Below are positions 55,504 to 64,000 of a stretch of DNA of 64,000 nt, piece by piece. Position 1 is the first letter of the stretch; each line of letters starts with the position of its first letter. The notes under the pieces were generated by a model that saw only the letters and a list, made by a program, of their open reading frames with translations, searched no databases and had not been told where the DNA came from. This stretch comes from a virus: positions 1 through 64,000 of the IMG/VR virus record IMGVR_UViG_3300047408_000067; one strand, 5' to 3'. A program made the translations under genes and the position numbers.

Positions 55504-55931
55504 CAGGCCTCCAACCAGACTACGCTGAATGGACCTAGCCGCTGGAATTCCTCACGGCTAAGTGATTCCCATACTCCACGGTAGCCAGGTGCAGAATTGG
55601 CTAACCATAGATTGTTGCCATCCTGTCCCCGTATGGCAACCCAATGATACCAATTACCTCCCGACATCATGCCCGTTGTTTCGCCAGCTATGGCCCAGAC
55701 TGTTTCGAACGTCAACCATCCCTGGCTAGACACCTGGTCGTATTCTGCCAGTACCCGCCTTAGCTGCGAGCCACTACCATCCATCAAACCATACGTGGCA
55801 TTGATGTTTTCTGGATATCCGATCTGAGATACACACTGGTCTTCGGTAGCACGAGGATCCAATCCTGTGGCCCGAAGTACCCAAGCCAATGCACACGCCG
55901 AGCACGTCCAGTTGTTGTGCTGCGTCGGCAT
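55503..55931 (-). CDS. Papain-like (C39-like) cysteine peptidase, probable lysin domain
   Basis: Q..NWTCSAC, YHWVAIRG, LANSA (Cys-His-Asn); probably reached by -1 frameshift. Confidence 0.75.
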   Translation of the reverse strand: MPTQHNNWTCSACALAWVLRATGLDPRATEDQCVSQIGYPENINATYGLMDGSGSQLRRVLAEYDQVSSQGWLTFETVWAIAGETTGMMSGGNWYHWVAIRGQDGNNLWLANSAPGYRGVWESLSREEFQRLGPFSVVWLEA

Positions 55932-55951
55932 CGGAGTAAGTGGTTCCCAGA

Positions 55952-56155
55952 TTACCCTTTTGGGAGTGACTCCGCATCTGATTCAGTTAGCGGAGGGTCA
56001 GGCGTAATGGTACCCTGTAGGCCAGGGTCGAGAGCGTACAGAAAGGCCTCTACGGAGCCTTCCCCTACCCACTTGCCCTGTACTGCTGCTGCTAGTGCCG
56101 CAGTAAACAGAGACTGCTGTTGCTGTAACTGAGTGATCTCTGCGGACTCAGCCAT
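55952..56155 (-). CDS. Small protein, probable N-terminal part of frameshifted lysin
   Basis: AAGGAG RBS; ends C CCA AAA GGG TAA. Confidence 0.65.
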   Translation of the reverse strand: MAESAEITQLQQQQSLFTAALAAAVQGKWVGEGSVEAFLYALDPGLQGTITPDPPLTESDAESLPKG

Positions 56156-56454
56156 TAGACTGCTCCTTGTACGCCGTTCATTCGCACGGCCTCCGGTAAC
56201 TCCATGAACGGAGGTGGCTCATGAGTTGTGATTGTGATCTCGGTGGCATCCTCTTCGAACCTGATGCCAAAGTCTGGTGGCAGCTTCACATCCTGCTGGT
56301 CTGCCACGAAACTAACCAGATCGCGTACTTCCTTCTCGGCAGCCTTGGCGGCCTGAGTAGCTGCTTGGACGATTGCATTAGCCTCGTCCGACCTGCCTAC
56401 CGCGTAGGACAGCCTCTTTGCCGTCTTCAGGTTCAGTTTCAAAACGATTGTCAT
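56155..56454 (-). CDS. Hypothetical protein (fibre chaperone-like position)
   Basis: AGGAGG RBS, 99 aa. Confidence 0.65.
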   Translation of the reverse strand: MTIVLKLNLKTAKRLSYAVGRSDEANAIVQAATQAAKAAEKEVRDLVSFVADQQDVKLPPDFGIRFEEDATEITITTHEPPPFMELPEAVRMNGVQGAV

Positions 56455-56463
56455 TTTGGCCTC

Positions 56464-57522
56464 CTAGTGCCATCGACCCGCTGTTGGTACGAAATAGAGA
56501 CCCACGAAAAACGTCAGGTCCCCAGAGCACCAATACGTGTTCGTTGAACTTACTTGGATATAGTCGCCTGCGTTCAGGTCGCGGTACTGAGCGAAAGCCC
56601 AATTTATACCTGTGTTCCGGTAATAGGCGATTGCGAGCGATGTACCACCCTGGTTTATTCCATTCAGGTAGGCACTACAGTACAGGGTCTGGTCGTCCGA
56701 GGTAGGTCCAATGTTTCCAGCAACACTCCAGTAGGCTACCCAACGACCTGGTCGGTCCGTATAGATCGCATTGCTTGTGGCCGTCGATCCGGTGAACGAC
56801 ATATGGACACCTTGGCTATATTGAATAGCCACTGGTGGATCCGGGACTTGAACACGATTGTATGCAGCTTCCCAACTTTCACCGTTGGGCCACACACGAC
56901 TTGGACCCCAGGCGCTATTGGCTCGTGCCTGCCACGTCTGCATCTGCGAGAGCATGTCGTTGTAGTAGCCGACGTAGGCATTGTAGTTCTGCTCCCACGT
57001 CGAACCATTGTTCCAGACACGACTTGGTCCCCAGTAGTAGTCTGCCTGTCCACGCCAATACTGAGCACTCTGGCTCCAGTAGACGGCATTGGCACCCTGC
57101 CCAGGATAACTGAAGCTGTAGCCCTGTGGGTCATGAGAATTCCGCCACTCGGTACCCCACATGGCGTTCCACTGCTGCGCGGTAGTAGACCAGAACTGTC
57201 CTGTGGCATACCCTGTTGGATGCGATGCGCCAAGACCACTGTTCGTCTGTCCAGCAGAGTTGTCCCTGGCGTTGGCAAACTCCGTGTTGTACATTGGCAC
57301 CCACTGTCCAGCAGTGGTACTCCATAACTGTCCACTTGCCCACCCCGTAGGATGCTGCCCCGTGGAGTTATCTCTGGCATTGGAGTACTCGGTGTTGTAC
57401 ATGGACTGCCATTCGCCAGACGTGGCCGACCATCTTTGCCCAGACGTCCATCCGATTGGATGCGAACCTGTACTGAGGTCGTTGGCTTGCGCGACCCAAT
57501 AGCCCAGATTCTGGTATGTCAT
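56464..57522 (-). CDS. Tail fibre-like protein with Trp-rich repeats
   Basis: Three HPxGWxxGQxWS units and two WGPSRVW units, beta-rich C-terminus. Confidence 0.65.
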   Translation of the reverse strand: MTYQNLGYWVAQANDLSTGSHPIGWTSGQRWSATSGEWQSMYNTEYSNARDNSTGQHPTGWASGQLWSTTAGQWVPMYNTEFANARDNSAGQTNSGLGASHPTGYATGQFWSTTAQQWNAMWGTEWRNSHDPQGYSFSYPGQGANAVYWSQSAQYWRGQADYYWGPSRVWNNGSTWEQNYNAYVGYYNDMLSQMQTWQARANSAWGPSRVWPNGESWEAAYNRVQVPDPPVAIQYSQGVHMSFTGSTATSNAIYTDRPGRWVAYWSVAGNIGPTSDDQTLYCSAYLNGINQGGTSLAIAYYRNTGINWAFAQYRDLNAGDYIQVSSTNTYWCSGDLTFFVGLYFVPTAGRWH

Positions 57523-58373
57523 ACCACCCTCCACTGGATGCCGTTGCTCTTGAAGGTAAAGGAGTCCGGGGATACCACCACGCCGTTCTGCACAGCACCA
57601 GTAGTCAGGTTAGCAGAGCCACCGATAATCGTGGTTCCTCCGGTAGCTGTACAGTTGATGGTACCTGCCTCAGCCGCAACGGTTATGGGGCGCTCAGTTA
57701 TTGTTGGGTCTGGAAGGATAAGTGCTTGTGGAGATGCCAGATAGCCGAAAAAGAACAGCTTGCCAGCAAGCATCACTGCTGTGATGTTAGGAGCGTTAGA
57801 GCGCAACGTGGTGTTGCGGAACATGCTCTCTGGGTCACTACCAGCGCTAGGGTGCAGGTAGGCCAGCGCAGTACCGCCAGATGGGGCCTCCAGAGCCACA
57901 CCAAACGCTGCGGAGCTACCCAACGTGCTACCTGCTGCTACAACGCTGGCATCCTGTGTGATGAGGTACTGAAGCCTGCTGATACCAGTGACTTTGGTAC
58001 GCACAAAACCTTCCATCGCCACACGTCCCACTGCTCCAGCGGCAATGTTTGCGACTACCACACCAACAAAGGGACCAGCCGCTCCTACAACTGGCAAGAC
58101 GAAGCTGCGGTCCGCGTTGGGATCCAACATCACCACATCGCCAGGTACTCTGGCAGCACCAGAGTTATTGACCATGTCCTGGCTCAACCCGCCAGTAAGT
58201 GTGATGGTGTTGAAACTCCAGCTTCCTGTGATGACCTCGTTGAAGTCAAAGAAAGTGGAGCGATCACTCAACCCAGAGTTGAATCTGGTGGTATCCCGCA
58301 CACCAGCATTAGGTGTTGGGTCATCATCAGTGACCTCGGGAAGCAAGAATCCGTGTCGTACTGTTGTCTGCAT
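57519..58373 (-). CDS. Tail/baseplate-associated structural protein
   Basis: Follows DUF2313-like gene; G/A/V-rich beta motifs. Confidence 0.65.
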   Translation of the reverse strand: MQTTVRHGFLLPEVTDDDPTPNAGVRDTTRFNSGLSDRSTFFDFNEVITGSWSFNTITLTGGLSQDMVNNSGAARVPGDVVMLDPNADRSFVLPVVGAAGPFVGVVVANIAAGAVGRVAMEGFVRTKVTGISRLQYLITQDASVVAAGSTLGSSAAFGVALEAPSGGTALAYLHPSAGSDPESMFRNTTLRSNAPNITAVMLAGKLFFFGYLASPQALILPDPTITERPITVAAEAGTINCTATGGTTIIGGSANLTTGAVQNGVVVSPDSFTFKSNGIQWRVV

Positions 58374-59027
58374 CTATTGAAACCTCAGATCTGCCCAGGA
58401 TACGTTACCGATGTCTGCCCAGGTGTTGTTCCACATATTGCTTGCGTCACCGTGCCAGGTCACTTCGCTATAGGTGATGGTGTAACCCAGATGCGATGGC
58501 TTGATGCGCTTCACCATCAGATCAATATTCGTCTGTACGTTAGGTGGAAAACCCTTTGGCTTGAGGATACGGATTTCGAAGCTGTAGCGCCTTAGATCAG
58601 CAGGTGGCAGATCGAACTTTTCAACGATTACAATCTCATCGGCGTAGTTAGCGATCTGAGAGTGTATGTATGCAGGTGTAGGGGTTGCCGTGGACTGCAT
58701 CCTAGCCAAGATACCAGCCCTGCGTTCTGGCAATGTCAGTGTGTTATCAGCAGGCGCACTGAACATCTCTTCCCAGAGCGTCATTGCCTGTTCGTTGGCA
58801 GTACGCACAAACCATGCCGAATGCATCGGTTCTAAGTTAGCAGTAAGGGTCTGGTTGAGCGCTGCCTGGATTTCACCATCACGCATGAAGCGTGTGAAGC
58901 GATCAATGGGGTCAAACTCAAACCCCACTGCCATGAGGAACTGCTGCATGAAGTCGTCTTCTTCCCAGTATGTGGGAAGATTCTCCATGAGGATTTCTCC
59001 CCATCCGTAGAACTGGTCTTCTCTCAT
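58374..59027 (-). CDS. Baseplate wedge protein (DUF2313/Mu gp48-like)
   Basis: LPTYW, TA...LWE, ERRA.I, IKPSHL; after baseplate J. Confidence 0.8.
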   Translation of the reverse strand: MREDQFYGWGEILMENLPTYWEEDDFMQQFLMAVGFEFDPIDRFTRFMRDGEIQAALNQTLTANLEPMHSAWFVRTANEQAMTLWEEMFSAPADNTLTLPERRAGILARMQSTATPTPAYIHSQIANYADEIVIVEKFDLPPADLRRYSFEIRILKPKGFPPNVQTNIDLMVKRIKPSHLGYTITYSEVTWHGDASNMWNNTWADIGNVSWADLRFQ

Positions 59028-60670
59028 ACAGCCGTTACCGTCCCTGCCACTGGTTTTTCCGTACCTGTTACTGTGACATCCGCAGTGCTAAACGTCGATG
59101 CCCCTGCCCTGCGGATACCGTAGCCCGTCGAGTACATGTTGAAAGTATCGATACCCTTGATGCCTTCAAGCGCTGCTTGCTGGACACGATAGAATAGCAC
59201 AAATCCATCGTCGCCACCAACAGGCATTGCGTTGAGGTAATCGATGATAGCCTGTTTCACATCCTGCTGCACAGCCGCCAGACTGAAGCCATCCTGGACA
59301 GTAAGTGTGAATCGCGCCTCTACCAGTACCGCTACAGCAGCCTCTACCGTTACGTGCGCACCAATAGGTCTACGAGTCTCTATATAATCGTACACCTTGC
59401 TCACGGTAGCAGCATTCGAGATAGTGTTATCGGAGTTGATGATCACCACTTTGACGGTACCGTAGCCGTTCCACTCTTCGATCACACTAACCGCACCCAG
59501 GCTAGTACCAGGAGTCTCACGTGCCCAGATCTGATAGTCTGTGTCGTTACCGCCAGCAGACCTCTGGCGCACAGTAAGTAGGAATCGCGACAAGAACAAT
59601 CTGTCCGACTCCATATCTACGCCGTTGATTGCCGCTACGGGGTTGACCACGTGACTAACGAAAGCCACAGGTGTTGTCAGTCTGTTGATAGCTCCTGCCA
59701 GTACATTGCCCGCTTTTCCAGCTCTAGCTGCCTGTACTGCGACACCAGTGAAGATCCTGTAGGTGGACGTAGCGTCAGGAATACCACCAGTATCCCACTC
59801 TGCAACGTTTAGAACCTGAGCAGTGTTATTGATGACCTTCCGCCACTGCCCAATTCCCTTGCCCAGAGTAATCAAGACATAGTAATCTTTCCACTGGTCT
59901 ACTGTCCACGCCGCAGTATTGTCCGACAAGCTAGTTGTCGTAGCGCCAGATACCAGACCAGGAGAAGCAACTTTGAAGATAATAGGCGCAGTTTCCAAGC
60001 TGTTGAATACCAGAGGTCGGTCTCTAGTATTCGGTACAGCCGTAGTGCTGAAACCTATGGTGTTAGGGATCACAGTGTTGTTCGCAGCCGTGATCTCCAT
60101 CACTGTAGTTGCGAAACTGGCAGTGTTGCGCAGTACACCGTGCTCTTCAGCACGTAGGTCTAGTAGAGCTCCACCCATGAACTGCGCAAAGCCCTGTGGG
60201 AACAGATCATCCAGGCGCTTGTAGATCCGCTCAAACTCGGGAGACTGTGCAGCAGTCATATCCCAAGGAACTTGACCCTTACGCTTGTCGTATGGTAGCC
60301 CATTGGGTGCTATCCCAACGCGGTCCATAATGCGACTCTGGATGATGTCTGTTGTATTGTTTGTCTGGAACGGCCGTACTGGCAGGTTCACACTGATACG
60401 GAACGCACCATCTAGCTGTGCAACATCCTCACCACCATTATCAACCAGGACCGAGTAGAACCCGATCGGGACAGTGTTGGCGGGCACAGTTGCATGCAGC
60501 ATCTCGCTGGTCATCATTGCGATGTTCGACAGCGAGTATTCGATGGGCGGATCTTCTGGTATGATCAGTCTTGCGGTGGTGGTGGTGAGAAAACCAGACC
60601 CAGTAATCTCCAGCGTTGTGTCGGAGCCAACCTGAGTCAACGAAGGGGTTACTGTGTAGATGTTTGTCAC
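59024..60670 (-). CDS. Baseplate J-like protein with N-terminal Ig/IPT-like domain
   Basis: LDLRAEEHGV.R, G..GNV..GAI, GVDMESD, GGNDTDY..WA, GTVKV, RPIGA.VTV. Confidence 0.9.
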   Translation of the reverse strand: MTNIYTVTPSLTQVGSDTTLEITGSGFLTTTTARLIIPEDPPIEYSLSNIAMMTSEMLHATVPANTVPIGFYSVLVDNGGEDVAQLDGAFRISVNLPVRPFQTNNTTDIIQSRIMDRVGIAPNGLPYDKRKGQVPWDMTAAQSPEFERIYKRLDDLFPQGFAQFMGGALLDLRAEEHGVLRNTASFATTVMEITAANNTVIPNTIGFSTTAVPNTRDRPLVFNSLETAPIIFKVASPGLVSGATTTSLSDNTAAWTVDQWKDYYVLITLGKGIGQWRKVINNTAQVLNVAEWDTGGIPDATSTYRIFTGVAVQAARAGKAGNVLAGAINRLTTPVAFVSHVVNPVAAINGVDMESDRLFLSRFLLTVRQRSAGGNDTDYQIWARETPGTSLGAVSVIEEWNGYGTVKVVIINSDNTISNAATVSKVYDYIETRRPIGAHVTVEAAVAVLVEARFTLTVQDGFSLAAVQQDVKQAIIDYLNAMPVGGDDGFVLFYRVQQAALEGIKGIDTFNMYSTGYGIRRAGASTFSTADVTVTGTEKPVAGTVTAV

Positions 60671-61134
60671 CGAACTGTCCTTGCGAAACTGAATTCTTTC
60701 TCGTGGCCCGAAACGGACACCACACGGAAAGTGATGTACAGTGTGTCGCCTCGGACAATCGCATTGAACTGGTCTATTGCGCGTATCAGGTCAATAGGTG
60801 CCAATGCCTCCCGCACGTATGTTTCGGAGATACTTTGGATAGCCAGGTCGCTCAAGTTGCGCCCAATGATGACCCAGAAGTCCGAGCCAAAGTTCCTGTC
60901 GTAGGCAGCATACGTCAGACGCTCAGTTACGAGCGACTTGACTATAAGCTGCTCCAAGGTCATAGCAGGGTTGGCAAGCACAAATTCGCCCGCGTTGTTG
61001 AACACCAGGAGCTGGCCTCCAGGTACGTCAAAGTTCAACATTGGTGCTGCGCCCCATGTAGGTTGGGTACCAGGGTCTACGACGTCTACAGTAAACGCTG
61101 GATCCTCAAACCTTGGTACGGTAGTTACTGGCAT
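60667..61134 (-). CDS. Baseplate wedge protein (gp25/DUF2634-like)
   Basis: KSLVTERLTYAAY..FGSD, REAL; upstream of J. Confidence 0.8.
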   Translation of the reverse strand: MPVTTVPRFEDPAFTVDVVDPGTQPTWGAAPMLNFDVPGGQLLVFNNAGEFVLANPAMTLEQLIVKSLVTERLTYAAYDRNFGSDFWVIIGRNLSDLAIQSISETYVREALAPIDLIRAIDQFNAIVRGDTLYITFRVVSVSGHEKEFSFARTVR

Positions 61135-61472
61135 TAGACCCTCGTGTGCATCTCCACAAGCCCGTTGACGTTGGATCTCTCGGCAGCACTGAAGATGGCA
61201 TCAATGAAATCGAGCAGGTTGCGGTCAACCATACCCCATGCCATTGCTTCGATCTTCTGCCTCAGGTGGTCGTAGTCTGCATCCTCCAGTTCGAGAGTGT
61301 CGGTGCTCGCATCCAGTTTGTCAAGGATGCGAATACCTCTACGCAGTTCGTCGATGTGTACCCCGCGCTGAGGATCTAGTGGCTGACGAATGACAGTGCG
61401 GATAGCATCACTGTAGTCGATGCCTGCTGCACCCTCCGACGCTTCAATTACGCGCAATGGAATCTGTTTCAT
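61134..61472 (-). CDS. Hypothetical protein
   Basis: AGGAG RBS, 112 aa. Confidence 0.65.
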   Translation of the reverse strand: MKQIPLRVIEASEGAAGIDYSDAIRTVIRQPLDPQRGVHIDELRRGIRILDKLDASTDTLELEDADYDHLRQKIEAMAWGMVDRNLLDFIDAIFSAAERSNVNGLVEMHTRV

Positions 61473-61497
61473 TGGATTCTCCTAATTATTTGTAGAC

Positions 61498-62382
61498 TCA
61501 TGGATTAGCCTCAACCGTCCAACCAGCACCGCCGCCCGTATTATGCCCAATGGAATAGGTGTTAGCCGCTGTTATCGTGTAGTATGACTGCATACCGTAT
61601 ACAGTCGGGACAGCACAGGCGGGCTGAGTACAGTTGATCACCGACCACGTACCAATCTTGGTAACCGTTGGGGTGATCACCTTCTGCACCTGCCAGTTCG
61701 TCATGAAGTGCCAGTTCGAACTGGCCCCCGCGTATCCAGCTATAGCGAGGTCACCAGTACCTGGGACACCGACAACTTCGTAATACCGCAGACATCGAGC
61801 CAAATCATCTGCCGGATGGAGTGGCGCGTAGTCCGCCGCCACGGAGCCAACTACCAGCATGGCTTCATCGAACCAAATGTTGTCTGTTGTTCCACCACTA
61901 CCCAACCTCACGGCTATATAAGTAGCGTCGGTGGGCACCGTCCCAGTCACACGTAAGGTCGTGACCGCAGACGACGGGGCCGTTGCTGCCGGACTTATCG
62001 GATTAGTGCCGTCCGATACAAGCTGTAAGAAGTGCCCACCAGCCACACTGGTGAACGTCTTGACCGAGACAGAGACGGTCTTGCCCCGTAGTGATCTAAC
62101 AAGACCTGGCTCCAGCTTCTGCTCGATGAACGCCCATCCACCAGACACATGGGTATACACCAGCTTGGCACAGGCTGTTCCAGACACCTGATACGTAATC
62201 TCCTGTACGACCTGGCATGACGACACACTGATAAATAGCTGCCAACGGTCAGCAGTCCATGCCTGATGAGTCAGGAAAACCCCGACACCACGTTGCCAGA
62301 TCTCAAAGCCTCCATTGGTCAAGAGGTTCTGGCGCGCAGTGTCACTGCGCAGCTCAGCATTCGGTACCTGTTGGAAAGTCAT
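61498..62382 (-). CDS. Tail-associated carbohydrate-binding-like protein, paralogue B
   Basis: NLLTNGGFEIWQRG, DDLARCLRYYE. Confidence 0.75.
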   Translation of the reverse strand: MTFQQVPNAELRSDTARQNLLTNGGFEIWQRGVGVFLTHQAWTADRWQLFISVSSCQVVQEITYQVSGTACAKLVYTHVSGGWAFIEQKLEPGLVRSLRGKTVSVSVKTFTSVAGGHFLQLVSDGTNPISPAATAPSSAVTTLRVTGTVPTDATYIAVRLGSGGTTDNIWFDEAMLVVGSVAADYAPLHPADDLARCLRYYEVVGVPGTGDLAIAGYAGASSNWHFMTNWQVQKVITPTVTKIGTWSVINCTQPACAVPTVYGMQSYYTITAANTYSIGHNTGGGAGWTVEANP

Positions 62383-63278
62383 GGGTTGGCCTCGGCAGTA
62401 ATGCAGTTCCCGGCTGTGCCGTTATAGGTATACATATCCCCCGCTGCATTGGAGCTTATTTCCACACGAATTCCCCAAAGCGTTGCGGCAGCAGCGTTAG
62501 GTTGAGGTGTGTTGGCGACGTTCCATGTTCCGACCTTGGTCAGCGTCGGACTGACGGCTTTTGTGGCTTTGAAACCGTAGCTTACGTCGTGATACTGACC
62601 TGCGGCAGTCGCCCAAACACGCATCCAAAACTCGCCGCCGCCAGGAACACCAACAACTTCATAATATCGCTGACATCTAACAAGATCATCCGCCGGATGC
62701 AAGGGTATATAGTCGGCTGGCTGGGAGCCAATTACCAACATAGCATTGTCGAGATATACGGTAGCTGATGCAGTCCAATAAATGATTGGCACCACCATCG
62801 TCGCATCGTTAGGAATGGTGCTTGTAGCCGTAAGTGTCTGGTAGACACCGCCCCCGCTATTGTTGGGGGATGTTCCAGACACACCACCAGTCCCATCAGA
62901 GTACAGATAGAGATGCACAGCGTTTGCTACACTGGACTTCACTCGTATCGAGTAACTCAGCGTCCTGCCACGAACCCAATAGATCTCAACACCCTCGATG
63001 AATTGTCGTATCTGTGTGGCACCAGCCCCGTTCCCAAGCGTAAACGCCACTGCGGCACATGCTTGACTGCCTGTGTCATTGTTACTGGTGTCCCGACTAA
63101 CAGACATAGAGTCCGTTCCGGTGATGAACGTTTGCCACCGATCAGACGTCCAGATCTGCCCCGTGGTCCCAAACGGCCCATTGCCGCGCTGCCAGATCTC
63201 AAACCCGCCATTTGTGAGCAGGTTGGCGCGGGCAGTATCCGAGCCAAGTTGTCGGTTATCAAGCAGCGGCGTGGGCAC
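62379..63278 (-). CDS. Tail-associated carbohydrate-binding-like protein, paralogue A
   Basis: NLLTNGGFEIWQRG, DDLVRCQRYYE. Confidence 0.75.
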   Translation of the reverse strand: MPTPLLDNRQLGSDTARANLLTNGGFEIWQRGNGPFGTTGQIWTSDRWQTFITGTDSMSVSRDTSNNDTGSQACAAVAFTLGNGAGATQIRQFIEGVEIYWVRGRTLSYSIRVKSSVANAVHLYLYSDGTGGVSGTSPNNSGGGVYQTLTATSTIPNDATMVVPIIYWTASATVYLDNAMLVIGSQPADYIPLHPADDLVRCQRYYEVVGVPGGGEFWMRVWATAAGQYHDVSYGFKATKAVSPTLTKVGTWNVANTPQPNAAAATLWGIRVEISSNAAGDMYTYNGTAGNCITAEANP

Positions 63279-63282
63279 TAGA

Positions 63283-63567
63283 CTACCAGAGTCCTACCAA
63301 GCGATTGATGAACGTCATGTCCACAGCTTCGAGTGCTGTATGTAGCCCGTTGATGGCAGACTTGATCAGTGTCTCATCATCAGGCGACATATTGTATGGT
63401 TCGGCTTTGAGATCAATACCCGCCAAACCATCGTAGTCATGGGTGATCATCTCCTTGATATCGATAAAACTACGCAGGTGAGTACCGATTGCGTAGTTGA
63501 CATCATATGAACTACCAGGAGCTAACCCTGGTGTCGTCTTGCCGTAGATTGGCGGAGGTATGGTCAT
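63283..63567 (-). CDS. Hypothetical protein
   Basis: 94 aa in tail block. Confidence 0.65.
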   Translation of the reverse strand: MTIPPPIYGKTTPGLAPGSSYDVNYAIGTHLRSFIDIKEMITHDYDGLAGIDLKAEPYNMSPDDETLIKSAINGLHTALEAVDMTFINRLVGLW

Positions 63568-63576
63568 TGATCTTCC

Positions 63577-63999
63577 TTATCCTGGATATGTTGGTGTCGG
63601 AACAAAATAGGCAGTGATTGTGTACGAATCGTACTTGCCAGACGACGGGGCCGGAGTGATATAGAGCTGAGTTGTGGAATTGACACTTGGGCAGTTGACC
63701 ATGCCCGCGAAAGTGTAGGTCATAGTCGGTGGAGGAGTACCACCCTGGATGTCAAAATTCGGGAAGACAACTCCTACACCACCACCATTGACGAGGATCT
63801 GCGCCTGCGGCCAGTTGTTACCACTAGGATGACTGAAGCTAGCGATGGTAAATTGGGCGATGACGATCCACTGTCCAACACGAGGCATAGCGACAGCAGT
63901 GAAAGCCTGATTACCACCGTTGAACGCCACAGCACCGCTGCTAGCGGATACTGAGACTGGTGTAGCGCCGCTACCCGGAGGGCCTATAGAGGCAACGGG
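63577..63999 (-). CDS. Tail fibre-like protein, C-terminal part (5' end outside window)
   Basis: Frame open to window end; ends YFVPT like the 56464 protein. Confidence 0.6.
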   Translation of the reverse strand, partial: PVASIGPPGSGATPVSVSASSGAVAFNGGNQAFTAVAMPRVGQWIVIAQFTIASFSHPSGNNWPQAQILVNGGGVGVVFPNFDIQGGTPPPTMTYTFAGMVNCPSVNSTTQLYITPAPSSGKYDSYTITAYFVPTPTYPG

Positions 64000-64000
64000 C

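Larger units (their letters stand above)
1..64000. mobile_element. Large tailed bacteriophage genome segment (contractile tail)
   Basis: Terminase, portal and protease at left; baseplate J, gp25-like and fibre genes at right; own DnaE, primase, helicase and RecA; dense small co-oriented ORFs; no host genes. Confidence 0.96.

Noticed and set aside
61498-63278. Diversity-generating retroelement
   Set aside because: In the segment I compared, differences are mostly synonymous and not adenine-specific; no reverse transcriptase or template repeat in the window
1-64000. Integrated prophage boundaries or alternative genetic code
   Set aside because: No integrase, att site or host genes seen; core genes read through intact in the standard code

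Overview
The whole 64 kb window is part of a large tailed-phage genome with a contractile (myovirus-type) tail. I saw no host housekeeping genes, integrase, rRNA, tRNA or CRISPR array. Left end (- strand): small terminase, GpA-type large terminase, Mu gp29/DUF935-type portal and a Mu-I-type head protease cut by the window edge. 5.1-7.2 kb (+): a short operon with a Pro/Thr-rich membrane protein. 7.3-10.5 kb: a compositionally odd island (two genes, restricted k-mer vocabulary) followed by a repeat-rich non-coding tract, possibly a genome terminus or origin. 10.5-29.8 kb (-): dozens of small early-type genes, an SF1 helicase and a candidate structured ncRNA. 29.8-54.8 kb: replication, recombination and DNA-modification genes (thymidylate-synthase-fold enzyme, C5-MTase-like protein, Cas4-like nuclease, RecA, DnaE, SSB, primase, DnaB, SF2 helicase). 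Right end (-): lysis-like genes, tail fibre and baseplate genes. Best leads: (1) an apparently new thymidine hypermodification gene set (dUMP-type TS homologue, 5-hmdU DNA kinase-like protein, GT-B glycosyltransferase, radical SAM enzyme, NDT-like hydrolase, DUF1599 protein); (2) the motif-depleted/motif-enriched island at 7.3-9.8 kb; (3) promoter- and terminator-bounded hairpin RNAs with anti-Shine-Dalgarno-like loops; (4) a non-sigma70 promoter class; (5) a probable -1 frameshift building the lysin. All family calls come from motifs recognised by eye, not database searches. The host cannot be established; Chloroflexota/Actinomycetota is only a weak guess.
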